NCBI RefSeq assembly: GCF_001194135.2
Contig: NC_068987.1
Coordinates: 68,321,841 to 68,355,964, forward strand
DNA from: Octopus bimaculoides
Lineage: Eukaryota
Direction: 5' to 3'
Length of the DNA stretch: 34,124 bases
Shown: piece by piece, positions 22,805-34,124 of the stretch
Layout: each line of letters starts with the position of its first letter
How positions within the stretch are numbered: position 1 is the first letter of the stretch
Notes under the pieces: generated by a model
What the model was told of the DNA's origin: nothing
The model's input: the letters and a program-made list of their open reading frames with translations, nothing else
The model's database searches: none
Program-made: the position numbers and the translations under genes

Positions 22805-23650
22805 NNNNNNNNNNNNNNNNNNNNNNNNNNNNNNNNNNNNNNNNNNNNNNNNNNNNNNNNNNNNNNNNNNNNNNNNNNNNNNNNNNNNNNNNNNNNNNNN
22901 NNNNNNNNNNNNNNNNNNNNNNNNNNNNNNNNNNNNNNNNNNNNNNNNNNNNNNNNNNNNNNNNNNNNNNNNNNNNNNNNNNNNNNNNNNNNNNNNNNNN
23001 NNNNNNNNNNNNNNNNNNNNNNNNNNNNNNNNNNNNNNNNNNNNNNNNNNNNNNNNNNNNNNNNNNNNNNNNNNNNNNNNNNNNNNNNNNNNNNNNNNNN
23101 NNNNNNNNNNNNNNNNNNNNNNNNNNNNNNNNNNNNNNNNNNNNNNNNNNNNNNNNNNNNNNNNNNNNNNNNNNNNNNNNNNNNNNNNNNNNNNNNNNNN
23201 NNNNNNNNNNNNNNNNNNNNNNNNNNNNNNNNNNNNNNNNNNNNNNNNNNNNNNNNNNNNNNNNNNNNNNNNNNNNNNNNNNNNNNNNNNNNNNNNNNNN
23301 NNNNNNNNNNNNNNNNNNNNNNNNNNNNNNNNNNNNNNNNNNNNNNNNNNNNNNNNNNNNNNNNNNNNNNNNNNNNNNNNNNNNNNNNNNNNNNNNNNNN
23401 NNNNNNNNNNNNNNNNNNNNNNNNNNNNNNNNNNNNNNNNNNNNNNNNNNNNNNNNNNNNNNNNNNNNNNNNNNNNNNNNNNNNNNNNNNNNNNNNNNNN
23501 NNNNNNNNNNNNNNNNNNNNNNNNNNNNNNNNNNNNNNNNNNNNNNNNNNNNNNNNNNNNNNNNNNNNNNNNNNNNNNNNAATTTTTCTATAAGTGATAG
23601 TGGATTTTCATCGATGAGTTCTTGAAACTTGGTTATTTTCCCTAAAACTA

Positions 23651-23698
<48 letters not shown>

Positions 23699-23789
23699 AC
23701 ACAGCATGGATGGTCGTAGCTGTTTTTATTTTGATTATAAATTGCTCAATAACCAGCACAATCCCTGCAAAATATTACAGTTATCTCAA

Positions 23790-24610
23790 ACGTGTCCTGA
23801 TCCCATACTCTCACTGCAATATGGGTACAACTACCATAGCTGGGATTTGCATATCACGGGCACACCGTGATGATCACTCTCAATATAACTGTTTTATGCA
23901 TCACAGTTCCTACTATGAATATCACCAGCACCGCTCTTTAATTTTTACTGCCACTAACGCCACCCTCTTCAACCTTGTATCATCCTCTTTATTATCACTG
24001 TGTATGCACTGCACTACGACCACAACTTCCACCACGACACTCGGAACACTAACACTTCTACTACAGCTGTATCACCAACTCAACTATCGTTAGAATATCA
24101 TCGATAAACGACCCCATCAAAACAGTATCGCCAACATCTCCACCACCATCTTCATCGCCATCATTTCTCCATCATCACCAGTATCATCACCACTATCATC
24201 CCTATCGCAATCACCATCATCATCAGCACTGTCATCACTACCCTCATCAGTATTGCAACCACCACCACCATCATCATCACCACCATTATCACCATTGAAA
24301 CCACTACCACGATTACATTCATATTATAATTGAACACCGCCACTAAAAGCGTACCACCACAAACACCATCACCACCACTACCACTATTGCGTTAATGTCA
24401 TCTCCCAACATCCCCACCAAAATATTATTACCAACACCTCCACTACCATTAACTGTATTATCACGATCCCCATCTTTCCTCCGACAAGCATCAACCTATC
24501 CTCTAACCAATATCACTACTATTGCTATCACATCTCCCGAAGACTTACTCCGCCACCGATAACCGATCACCGATGCCACCACCAACACCACTGCTACCAT
24601 TACCAACAGC
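23790..24610. repeat. Imperfect (ACC/ATC/ACT)n low-complexity tract
   Basis: Directly visible degenerate trinucleotide periodicity. Confidence 0.85.
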
Positions 24611-24924
24611 CTCGCATAAAAACTTAAAACTCCTAAAAAAAAAAAGATTAATAAAATCACAAACACACAAACACACAAACACCCACATAGAATCAATGAA
24701 CAAAAGCAAAAATGGAAGATGTAGCCGGTAGCAAAATTTGCAACACTTTTATCATGTTGTAATCAGAATCTTTTGTAGGAATTAACAGCATTTTATTTTT
24801 GTTTAAATTATCATCGGGCAAAACTGTTAGAAAAAGATTAATTATTGATGTGCTCCGAGAAACAACGAAAAGAAGGAAGAAAAGACAGGAATTATGAAAA
24901 ATATACGTGTAAGTTTGTGATTGT

Positions 24925-25044
24925 GTGTACCAGCGTGTGTGCGTGTGCATGCGTGTATGTGTGTGTTTGTGTAGGTGTGGTAGTGGGACATGGAGAGAAA
25001 GAGAAAGACAAGTAGAGAGATGAGAAGGAGAGAGAGGGAAAAAC

Positions 25045-25082
<38 letters not shown>

Positions 25083-25288
25083 GGTGAAAGACAGACAACG
25101 GTAGCATTGAAAGGCAAAATAAGAGGCAAAGTACATGTGTATGTGCATGTCTATGTGTGCATGTATTTCTGCACATACATGTACTTAGACACGCGCACAC
25201 GCAATCGCGTGCACACACACACACACACACACACGCACGCACATATATATATATATGTATATATATATATACCCATATACATACATAT

Positions 25289-25319
<31 letters not shown>

Positions 25320-25351
25320 CATATATATATATATGTATATATATATACCCA
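24925..25351. repeat. (GT)/(GA)/(CA)/(AT) microsatellite cluster
   Basis: Directly visible. Confidence 0.92.
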
Positions 25352-25934
25352 NNNNNNNNNNNNNNNNNNNNNNNNNNNNNNNNNNNNNNNNNNNNNNNNN
25401 NNNNNNNNNNNNNNNNNNNNNNNNNNNNNNNNNNNNNNNNNNNNNNNNNNNNNNNNNNNNNNNNNNNNNNNNNNNNNNNNNNNNNNNNNNNNNNNNNNNN
25501 NNNNNNNNNNNNNNNNNNNNNNNNNNNNNNNNNNNNNNNNNNNNNNNNNNNNNNNNNNNNNNNNNNNNNNNNNNNNNNNNNNNNNNNNNNNNNNNNNNNN
25601 NNNNNNNNNNNNNNNNNNNNNNNNNNNNNNNNNNNNNNNNNNNNNNNNNNNNNNNNNNNNNNNNNNNNNNNNNNNNNNNNNNNNNNNNNNNNNNNNNNNN
25701 NNNNNNNNNNNNNNNNNNNNNNNNNNNNNNNNNNNNNNNNNNNNNNNNNNNNNNNNNNNNNNNNNNNNNNNNNNNNNNNNNNNNNNNNNNNNNNNNNNNN
25801 NNNNNNNNNNNNNNNNNNNNNNNNNNNNNNNNNNNNNNNNNNNNNNNNNNNNNNNNNNNTTAGTAAATGAAATTAATCAACAAGAAATTAAAATATTAGA
25901 ATAGACACTCGCCAACAAAACAAGATTGAAAATA

Positions 25935-25995
25935 AATATGAACATAAACAACAGTAGCATCAGCAACTACTATAATAATAAGAAGAAGAACAATA

Positions 25996-26074
<79 letters not shown>

Positions 26075-26085
26075 CATTATGGTAA
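25935..26085. repeat. (AAT)/(ATT)n microsatellite
   Basis: Directly visible. Confidence 0.92.
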
Positions 26086-26853
26086 TGATGATTTCATTAT
26101 TAATCATAAAGTTTGAAAAAGAGGTCGAGGACTGTACAATAAACGTGTGAAGAAAATAAATAACGAAAACAAAAGACAAAAATCTTGAAGCAAATTAAAA
26201 TTCCCCAACTAGGGGGAATCTTTCGAAGAAACTTTCGTGGAAACCCTACAGAACCCCAGTCACCCTAAACAGTAACGCAAGCGCCGTGTCCCAGTTCTCA
26301 TTATCCAGAGAACAAAAATATACTTAGTAGCGGTTCTCTTCGCTTGCATCATACTCGCTACGCTCATCCACCTATCTATAAATTTACTGAGAAGCAACCC
26401 TTCCTCTCCAGCCTTATTTACTTTTCAATGGAAATTTTAAAAAGTTGACAGTTTTGTGAAGGTGGGAATTGCCTGTCTATAGTCCTTTCAGTCTCACCCA
26501 CCACATAACATCGTTTGCCAAACAGATCAAAACTGCTGCCCGTCTCAACCAAGGAAAATCGGTAAAACAATCTTCATGCAGGACTTATCCAGGTGTCAGA
26601 TCCATTATACACCTAATATATACACCAGACTGATTACTTGAGGAAATATATGTTTAAAAAAAATCTGCAATACTCGAGCACTAAATAAATTCATGCAAAA
26701 TAGTTTTGTTCCTCTATGCTCATTTCAGATAGATCAACCTAACGAAACATTTTGAAGAGTTACCGCACTCTGGTAACACTGCTAGACAACGATTTTTGGA
26801 AATTATCCTTGACATCCTTCATGACATTCAGTTCTTCTAAATAATCCAGCTAG

Positions 26854-26967
26854 AGAACGGTCTGGATATCGCAGTGAGGATGCAGAAAGTAAGTCGTTGA
26901 TGCTGAACATGTATCAACAGCGAATGTCATGCCTTCCGACTAGTAGCTGTTTATGATACAAGGGTGA
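26854..26967 (+). repeat. Dispersed repeat copy A (inverted partner of 28114-28240)
   Basis: agaacggtctggatatcgc...ccgactagtagctgtttatgatacaa matches the reverse complement of 28114-28240 apart from a deletion of about 13 bp. Confidence 0.85.
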
Positions 26968-26999
26968 TAAAAGTTTGAGAACAACATTTCCTTCGAGAA

Positions 27000-27310
27000 C
27001 ATCGTCCTCAACAAGACCGTTATAGAATACCAACATGGATGGATCTCCCACCGACTGCATTGCTCAGCGGGTCATCATTGGCAGTACTTTTCGCTGTAGT
27101 GGCTCTAGAATCAGTGCATAAAACATCTTAGCTAATACTTGGAATCTGTGTTTAGCAGAGTTATAGGCTGTAAAATATCAATGTGGTTCCCCATTGTTCG
27201 GGTCCTTTTTAAACATAACTAAGGTACCTTGACTCATAAAGCTGAGATGTTTTTCCGTTTTCTTGATCGTTGCAGTAGAAACCTATCAAAAGGTTATCGA
27301 ACAAGCCTGG
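27000..27310 (-). mobile_element. Decayed L1/Tx1-like RT fragment
   Basis: FMSQGTLVMFKKDPNNG, QPITLLNTD..VLAK (cf. FRPITLLNxDxKILAK), AVGGRSIH (cf. AIPGRSIHDN). Confidence 0.7.
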
Positions 27311-28113
27311 CATAAATACGTAGTGCAGATTTTCCACACTAGATTTGTGTCTTCCGTGCTGAAATCCACGGTAGTAGAGTGTCTACTATCGGCTTTTTGT
27401 AACACTTAGCCTCCGTTGCCTATAGTCACGGCGAATTTTCACAGGAGTTCCTTTATGCCTCCATTACCGAAAGATATGGAAGGTCGTCAAGGTAGGAATT
27501 GACTTTCATCCTACGATCCAGTCCGCTACTCATCCTTAGCATATTAGTTTCTTATTAGATATTTCTCTTATCTGGTTTTCTCTTTTTTATTGTTTAAACT
27601 TATTGATTGTATTCTAATCGATCATTTCAGAGTAAACGTTCATTTGTTGTTGACGGTTACCCTCGTCAATACCCGCTTCACTAATTCGCTATTCTCGCTT
27701 CCGTGGATTTTCTGCACCAGGAAAGACACGTTCAGTTTTCAGTAACCAGATTCCTGCTCATGAATTTATCTGGGTCGACCGCACAGATGATATATTTATG
27801 CTCTATGTAGCCGACAGCTTCAATATGAGGACAACCTACGCTATCCCTATCTATTGGCCTCTATCTTAATATGATCTAGATGATCCGATGAAGTTTGTCC
27901 ATTTCATCTGTAGTACATTTGAGTCATCCATTCGGCACCAGTGTGATAGTTAGAAACGTCCAGCCAAGTGTATGAGGGTTTAAAAGCATCCGCTCCTGCA
28001 AGTTAGTCCTACCCCTATCGTGCATTTAAGATAATCTTCTAATTTCTCACTAGCGGTTAATGGGTAAACTATTCCCAGGAGTGATGTTAGACGCCAGAAT
28101 AAATTTTGCTTCT

Positions 28114-28240
28114 TCACCTTTGTATCATAAACAGCTACTAGTCGGAAGGCATAACATTCGCTGTTGATGCATGTTCAGCATCAACGACTTACTTTCCGCA
28201 TGCAGGAAGGCAATCCTCATTGCGATATCCAGACCGTTCT
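28114..28240 (-). repeat. Dispersed repeat copy B (inverted partner of 26854-26967)
   Basis: See copy A. Confidence 0.85.
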
Positions 28241-28291
28241 GAAACAATGTAGTAATCTCGACCTCCCGATCTCAGCTGATTTGTTGATATA

Positions 28292-28481
28292 TACGAGGGT
28301 TGCTAAAATGTCCCTGGCTTTGGCTAAGAGAAAATAAAAAACGATCAGTTAATCATGATTTTATTCAACAGATTCCATTTTCAAATTCACACACTTATTA
28401 CAGTGGTCCTCCAGTTTTTCTAAGACCTGTAAAAAGCCTCGGAAGGTTGGGCCTGCAGGAACTTTTCAGCACCCCTTCGTA
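28292..28481. mobile_element. Mariner-derived MITE (about 190 bp) with TA TSD
   Basis: Left TACGAGGGTTGCTAAAATGTCCCTG; right end reverse complement TACGAAGGGGTGCTGAAAAGTTCCTG; TA on both sides (28290-91, 28482-83). Confidence 0.85.
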
Positions 28482-28544
28482 TAGCAAATAGCCACCGAAT
28501 ACGGTCGTGAAGTGTCATGTCATCAGCTGCATATTGACAGAAGG

Positions 28545-29790
28545 ATACTAAATGTGTTACGAGTAACAAAGAAGAAATTGTAAGCTGCTGCCTGGACAGA
28601 CTACAAGAAGGTGCCTGAGGACACTTGGAGCGAATGGAATGATAATACAGTTTTCTGAGAAAGCATGGATGAGAGTATGGGCGTTAGACTACGCACAAAT
28701 GAATCGTCGTTAGGAAACGTGGAAATACACAGAGGTATCTTCAAGGAGGACTCACCCACCTCATTATTTTTTGTCATTGCTTTAATACCTCGAACGAATA
28801 TACTGAAAGAATACGTATGGGTTTATCAAAACCAGGGTGAAAATAAATCATTTGGTATATATGGATAAACTCAAACTATATACAAGAAGATATAAAACCT
28901 GGATTTACAAATCGAAATAGTGAAAGTATTCAGCAAAGATGTTAGTTTGAGTTAAAGAAGTGTGCCGTACTACTTATGATTAGAGACTCGAAGATAAACT
29001 ATTAAGGTATTGAATTACCACAACACAACATCTTTAGATTGCTTTAGAATAATAAGGGATGTATATACCTTGGGGGTGCTGCAAGGCGATACGATAATGG
29101 AATGAGAAATGAAGAATAAAATTTCTAAAGAGTTTGAGAGAAGAATTAGGAAGGTGCTCGGAACAAATTTACATTGAAGGAGAATATCAAAGTATTAAAT
29201 GAACGGGCTACGCTAGTCTTAAGATACCCTGCTTCCCCTTTAGAATAGACAAAGGTAGAGCTACTAAGTACGAGAACTAAGAAACTATTCACAATATACA
29301 ACGCATGCCAGCCGAAATATAAAAAACAACAGTCTCTGCCTAACAGGAAAGGAAGAGGAGGGCTCTCGGCCGACGCATCACTATCACCTAGAAGAATTCA
29401 AGAACAGAAGGAAGAACACTAGAATAGATTGCGGGAGATTACATGGCCAATTCATGCAAGAATCTGAAGACGTTCGAAGTAATGAACCCTGGTTGTGACT
29501 GGCGGACAGAAAGAAATCAAAACGCTTATTATAGCTGCTCAGAAACAAGACATGAGGACGAATCTGACAAAGGCTAAGATCGATAAAATCAATCAAAAAG
29601 CAAATGCAGAATCTCCAGGGAAAGAGGACAACACCAAAAAGTGTAACCGTAGGTACAACTGCGCAAGCAAAAGAATTCACTTGGAATGTTAATCGAGCGT
29701 GTGGTTTTAAAGTAACAGAAAAATGGTATGAACATGAACCATATGCTGTGAGAGAGGTAAAAAATTACAGGATTTAGTGAGGCTAACTCA
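28545..29790 (+). mobile_element. Decayed R4/Dong-like RT domain through the zinc-knuckle region
   Basis: AWTDYKK, VEIHRGIFKEDSPTSLFFVIALIP (cf. RGIFQGDSLSPLLFVIALIP), HLVYMDKLKLY (cf. HLLFMDDLKLY), KKCA, RKGRGGL, LHGQFMQE, LIIAAQKQDMRTN, KWYEHEP. Confidence 0.88.
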
Positions 29791-29999
29791 TAAAAAATGG
29801 CCATACTTCTGAAGCTAGAAGACGAGGTATAGAGAATAAATTTAAAAATCGTATAAGATCAGAGACTGTGCAATACCCGTGAAAATTATCTTAGTGAATA
29901 TTCTCGTTTCTATTTTGGCGCATACAATTATAGATCATTATAATATGTGTTGAAGCAATTGATTATTTCTTTAATTTAATTTGGTTGTAAAGACTGCTG

Positions 30000-30378
30000 T
30001 GTGGAGGCGCAATGGCCCAGTGGTTAGGGCAGCGGACTCGTGGTCATAGGATCGCGGTTTCGATTCCCAGACCGGGCGTTGTGAGTGTTTATTGAGCGAA
30101 AACACCTAAAAGCCCCACGAGGCTCCGGCAGGGGATGGTTGCGAACCCTGCTGTACTCTTTCGCCACAACTTTCTCTCACTCTTACTTCCTGTTGTGCCT
30201 GTAATTCAAAGGGTCAACCTTGTCACATTGTCACGCTAAATATCTCCGAGAACTACGTTAAGTGTACACGTGTCTGTGGAGTGCTCAGCCACTTGCACGT
30301 TAATTTCACGAGCAGGCTGTTCCGTTGATCGGATCAACTGGAACCCTCGACGTCGTAAGCGACGGAGTGCCACTCCCT
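30000..30378 (+). mobile_element. Full-length tRNA-derived SINE sharing its 3' tail with 327-650
   Basis: A-box TGGCCCAGTGG and B-box-like GGTTTCGATTCCC. 10-bp TSD with one mismatch: aagactgctg (29990-99) and aagattgctg (30379-88). Confidence 0.92.
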
Positions 30379-30789
30379 AAGATTGCTGAAATTTTAACAC
30401 TCGACCTTGTTTCATCATGTAAAAACTGTTCCATTATGTCTTCGTTTTCGTCTATGACAAGGTCGCTTAACGTGTAACACACATTATTTCATTACATTGA
30501 CATTTTCTCTCATACATTTGATTTGGGCTCCATTGTCAATTTCTCTTAAGACAAAACTCTTGAACTTCATATTCAGGATTTCTGTTATGTCTTGGATGTC
30601 TCTCCATATTTAAGTTAGTTTAATGCTTCACACTCGAGTACAAATCACGATTAACAGAATATAGATAAAAGTATAGCAAATTATACGTTACATTAGTTGC
30701 AGTTGCAATAAAGAAGACAATAAGAACATCTGCAGCAATATAACAAACACCAACTGCAGCAACTTCAGTAGATATGTATTGGAGAATTT

Positions 30790-31080
30790 ACGAAAAAAAC
30801 AGCAGACGAAGACAGGTGGTGTAAACAACAAATGGATGTATTAGTTTAACGCTCGGGAATAGAGAAAGTCTTTGACGTTTCGAGCTACGCTCTTCAGCTG
30901 AAAGGAACACAGAAAGAAATAAGGAGAGAAACAAAGAAAGAAAAAAATAAGGAGAAAAAAATACAAATGTAGTGGTCAGCGATCTATCATGGTGAATGCC
31001 GGACAGTAGATATATACCTGTATAGGACAGAATGGCTACGGTTTTAACGTCTTTCACCAAAGGTCAGATGACACCTAATC
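30790..31080 (-). mobile_element. Penelope-like terminal (pLTR-like) fragment
   Basis: Contains GAAGAGCGTAGCTCGAAACGTC, a hammerhead-type PLE terminus; limits approximate. Confidence 0.6.
30870..30904 (-). ncRNA. Degenerate minimal type I hammerhead-like motif
   Basis: cttt-CAGCTGA-a-gagc/gta/gctc-GAA-ACGT-C-aaag. Stems I and II are perfect and the triplet is GUC, but the core has two substitutions relative to CUGAUGA. Confidence 0.55.
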
Positions 31081-31099
31081 CGGCATCAAACAAAAATAA

Positions 31100-31760
31100 C
31101 GACCCATCAGCAACAGGATCGCATTACCAAGAGCAACAAAAACAATAGTAACACCAGCGACGCCGATGGCGACGACAACAACGCCGCTGACGATGACAAC
31201 GAAAACAATAACAACAACGGCTGCAGCAGGAATTGATGATAATTAAGAGAAATTGTATGATAACAACACATACAGCAGCAACGACAGAAGCAATGAGAAA
31301 CGAGGGTGACGGTGGCAGTGGCAGGGACGAGAAGGGGCAGCGTCGACGTGATCACCTTCACGAAGAACACCCAAAAAAAAAAAAATGGTGGTGCGCCGTA
31401 GGGCGGAAGAGATCAAGATGAACACCAACATATTCAAAGTTTCCAGTCACTCTCATCATCATCATCATCATCATCATTATCACCATCATCATCATCATCA
31501 TTATCACCATCATCATCATCATCATCATCACCATCATTATCAATATCATCATCATCATCACCATGATCATCATTATGATCATCATCAACATCATCATCAT
31601 CAACAACAACAACAACAACAAAAAATCATCATCACTACCGCCAGTGCTAATAACATAATTTAACTACAACCACCATCAGCACCAACCCTACTAACAGTAC
31701 AACCACCACTACTAATACTAGCAACAACAACAACAACACCATTACTATCACAAGACTACC
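31100..31760. repeat. Imperfect (AAC)/(GAC)/(CAT)n trinucleotide tracts
   Basis: Directly visible; the poly-His and poly-Met ORFs come from (CAT)n at 31455-31600. Confidence 0.9.
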
Positions 31761-32110
31761 CTCAACACTGCTAATATAATCACAAGCTTCAAGAAACAAT
31801 GTCAACTACGTAGGCAGAGAACGAGAGAGAGAGAGAGAACAGGAAAGATGGAGAGAAGTATAGGAGTATATATGCATACATATATGTATGCGTGTGTTTC
31901 TGTATGACTACAACTGTGTTTGTGTTCGTTTGTGTGTTCAGTTACAAAACAGCTGCAGGAGTATTTTTAACTGCATTGAGTCAGCTTTGTATCTTGTTGG
32001 CTTTTAATGTTTTTCTACGTTACACACTGCGTCACACCATCTCAAATCATATTCACATCAAATCTTTATCTATTTATTGTCCCATTCAACCTGACGCCTT
32101 TTTCTCAATG

Positions 32111-32113
<3 letters not shown>

Positions 32114-32186
<73 letters not shown>

Positions 32187-32319
32187 ATCTATCTATCTTT
32201 CTATCTATCTTTCTTTCTCTCTCTCCTCTTCTATCTATCTCTTTATCTCTCTCTCTCTCCTCTTCTATCTATCTCTTTTCCCCCTCTCTCTCTTTCTCTC
32301 TATTTGCTGTCTGTCTGTG

Positions 32320-32392
<73 letters not shown>

Positions 32393-32408
32393 GTCTATCT
32401 ATCTATCT
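32114..32408. repeat. (CT)n and (ATCT)n microsatellites
   Basis: Directly visible. Confidence 0.97.
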
Positions 32409-32622
32409 TTATGTACGAACGGTAGACTCATCGGCTCCGTAAGTTTTTCCTTGTTTATGCTTTCAAAAGTTTGTATTTAAATTGAATTTTATATCGAAAA
32501 GTTGTACAACAACTCATAGATTCTGTGGTGCAACTTCTTTGCAACGGAAATCTGCCCTGTGTGGCATATTTCCACATTTTAAAAATTGATTTCGGCTTTC
32601 TTAGCCATTTTTGTTTTTGAGG

Positions 32623-32751
32623 ATGGCGTCTTCAAGCCATGAAGGCGATCTTTCAACGAACACTGAATTTTGCAGCGTGTCTCCTGACATTGACTTTCCT
32701 ACCACCACCAATACCACCAAGACAACCACTGCTACCACCGCCACCACCAAT

Positions 32752-32842
<91 letters not shown>

Positions 32843-33600
32843 NNNNNNNNNNCAACAAACTTTGCAGACATGCTTAAACAAAAAAAAAAAGAAATTCTAC
32901 ATTTTACAAACAAAGAACTCATAGAGACAAGGTCTCTTTTTTCAACGTCCGGACAAAATTTAATATTACATACACCACAAGAAGTGAGAGACGATGTAGA
33001 AACAAGAACAATTATTTTCAAAATAATAAGAAAAAGCAATAAAGTAACAAAACCAATTACAAAAACAGACATAGAGAAATGTGCAAAACACATTATGAAA
33101 ATTAAACAGTAATATAAACTGGGGTTCGCAATATAATACGGTGCAATTTCGGTTTAATAATGAAGAAGAGGCGAAAATACATAGTATGGAAGCCTTACAA
33201 AATGATGAACTCATCATGGTCCCATACTACATGGGACAGAGAATTAGTAAAATTAAAATAAAAAATGTCCCTCCTGAAATTGAGTCGAAGTGGATTACTT
33301 CGGCGATATGTTTCCATTTGAAAACAATCAACGTTTTAGAAACCGCTGTTGTCCATAATGACAATTGGACGGGAAAATCCATTGAAATCACGATCCAAAT
33401 GGATCAAGATTCTCTGGAAAAATTGCCGAACGTAATCCACCTCGAAAATGGACAAAGCCTCTATGTGGTTGCGGAGGGTAAAATACCGCGTTGCTACCTC
33501 TGCGGCAGCCAAGAGCACTTAATATCAAAGTGCGTTTTGGCGCAAAAAAAAAGAAACAGCAAGAACAGTTACAACCAAAACAAAAGAACAAATAAAAAAC
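32623..33600 (+). mobile_element. L1/Tx1-like ORF1 (gag-like) with CCHC zinc knuckle; frameshifted and with microsatellite expansion
   Basis: ATG at 32623 (MASSSHEG..); (CAG)n/(AAC)n expansion; one frameshift near 33110 (the other frame gives NINWGSQYNTVQFRF); KIKNVPPEI; knuckle CYLCGSQEHLISKC (C-x2-C-x4-H-x4-C) at about 33492-33533. Confidence 0.85.
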
Positions 33601-34124
33601 TTAGATAAGACACATAGGCAGGGTCCCGGTTACTGGAAACAAAACGCTTCGCTCTCAGCGCGGCAGGTTTACAAGAATCGGATTAGCGAATTAATTCAGA
33701 GGGCGTTAACAGGAGACATCGTTAACAACCGATGGTGGTTTGCCCTGAAAATAGTAATTAAATCGGAATCTATTAGGTTTAGTAAAGAACTAGCGATAGA
33801 TCGAAATAGAGTAGAGGGAGACTTAGTCAAGAAACTAGAAGAGGCACTTACAACTGGCAGCGCAACCAACGTTTTGGCTGCGAGGATGGCCCTCGACCAA
33901 CACCTCAACGCCAAACACGAAGGTTGCGTCGTCAGAGCTAAAATGCGAGCCTTAAGGAACGAAGGGATCGAAGATGCGCGAGAAGCCCGGGTGGCGAAGG
34001 CGCAACGCGGTGACAGAGCCAACATTCGGTCTCTAATCGATGAACAGGGATGCAGTTTACTCGAACCCGAAAGGATGTGTGAGGCCTTTCAACAGTACTT
34101 TGCTCGACTGTTCGGTGCGACCGG
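33601..34124 (+). mobile_element. L1/Tx1-like ORF2 fragment (post-endonuclease linker toward RT), open to the window end
   Basis: Stop-free frame LDKTHRQGPGYWKQNASL..WWFALKIVIK..GCVVRAK..FQQYFARLF. GPGYWKxN is the motif just after the APE domain in L1/Tx1. Confidence 0.88.

Noticed and set aside
23581-23642. Candidate minus-strand exon start (KITKFQELIDENPLSLIEK) entering a gap
   Set aside because: Short, the acceptor lacks a pyrimidine tract, and it cannot be evaluated across the Ns.
27400-27540. Degenerate SINE on the minus strand
   Set aside because: A/B boxes and the central domain are too decayed to call.
9530-28545. Dong fragments at 8830-9530 and 28545-29790 look complementary (one split element)
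   Set aside because: They are 19 kb apart with many unrelated insertions between them; coincidence is likely for an abundant family.
30000-30075. Genuine tRNA gene
   Set aside because: It continues into a SINE body with a TSD and lacks a proper acceptor stem and terminator; the same applies to the other tRNA-like heads.
31385-31663. Poly-His/poly-Gln protein
   Set aside because: Translation of (CAT)n/(CAA)n microsatellites, with no domain or splice context.
1-34124. CRISPR arrays or prokaryotic operons
   Set aside because: Eukaryotic repeat landscape; no repeat-spacer array is present.

Overview
Eukaryotic, AT-rich, repeat-dense window with many microsatellites and several N-gaps. The SINE families suggest an octopus/cephalopod genome (inference from recalled sequence, not a database hit). 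No host protein-coding gene can be supported with confidence, and almost all ORFs in the track come from simple repeats or N-runs. The interpretable content is transposon debris: tRNA-derived SINEs (three with target-site duplications), a hAT (Charlie/Buster-like) transposase relic, Penelope-like (PLE) RT relics, a mariner in two complementary halves, a mariner-derived MITE, R4/Dong-like LINE fragments, a CR1/L2-like 3' end, and L1/Tx1-like fragments including an ORF1 with a zinc knuckle at the window end. The most notable structure is four minimal type I hammerhead-ribozyme-like motifs. Two sit in the arms of a 470-bp foldback, one lies in the tail of an apparent tRNA-like/(AAT)n element, and one is in a PLE-like end. 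Also notable are a probable 1.8-kb inversion that splits the mariner, an ORF1-ORF2 junction that lacks the endonuclease domain, and a possible decayed SUMO-protease (Ulp1/SENP) sequence. All protein-motif comparisons are manual translations against remembered family consensus, not searches.
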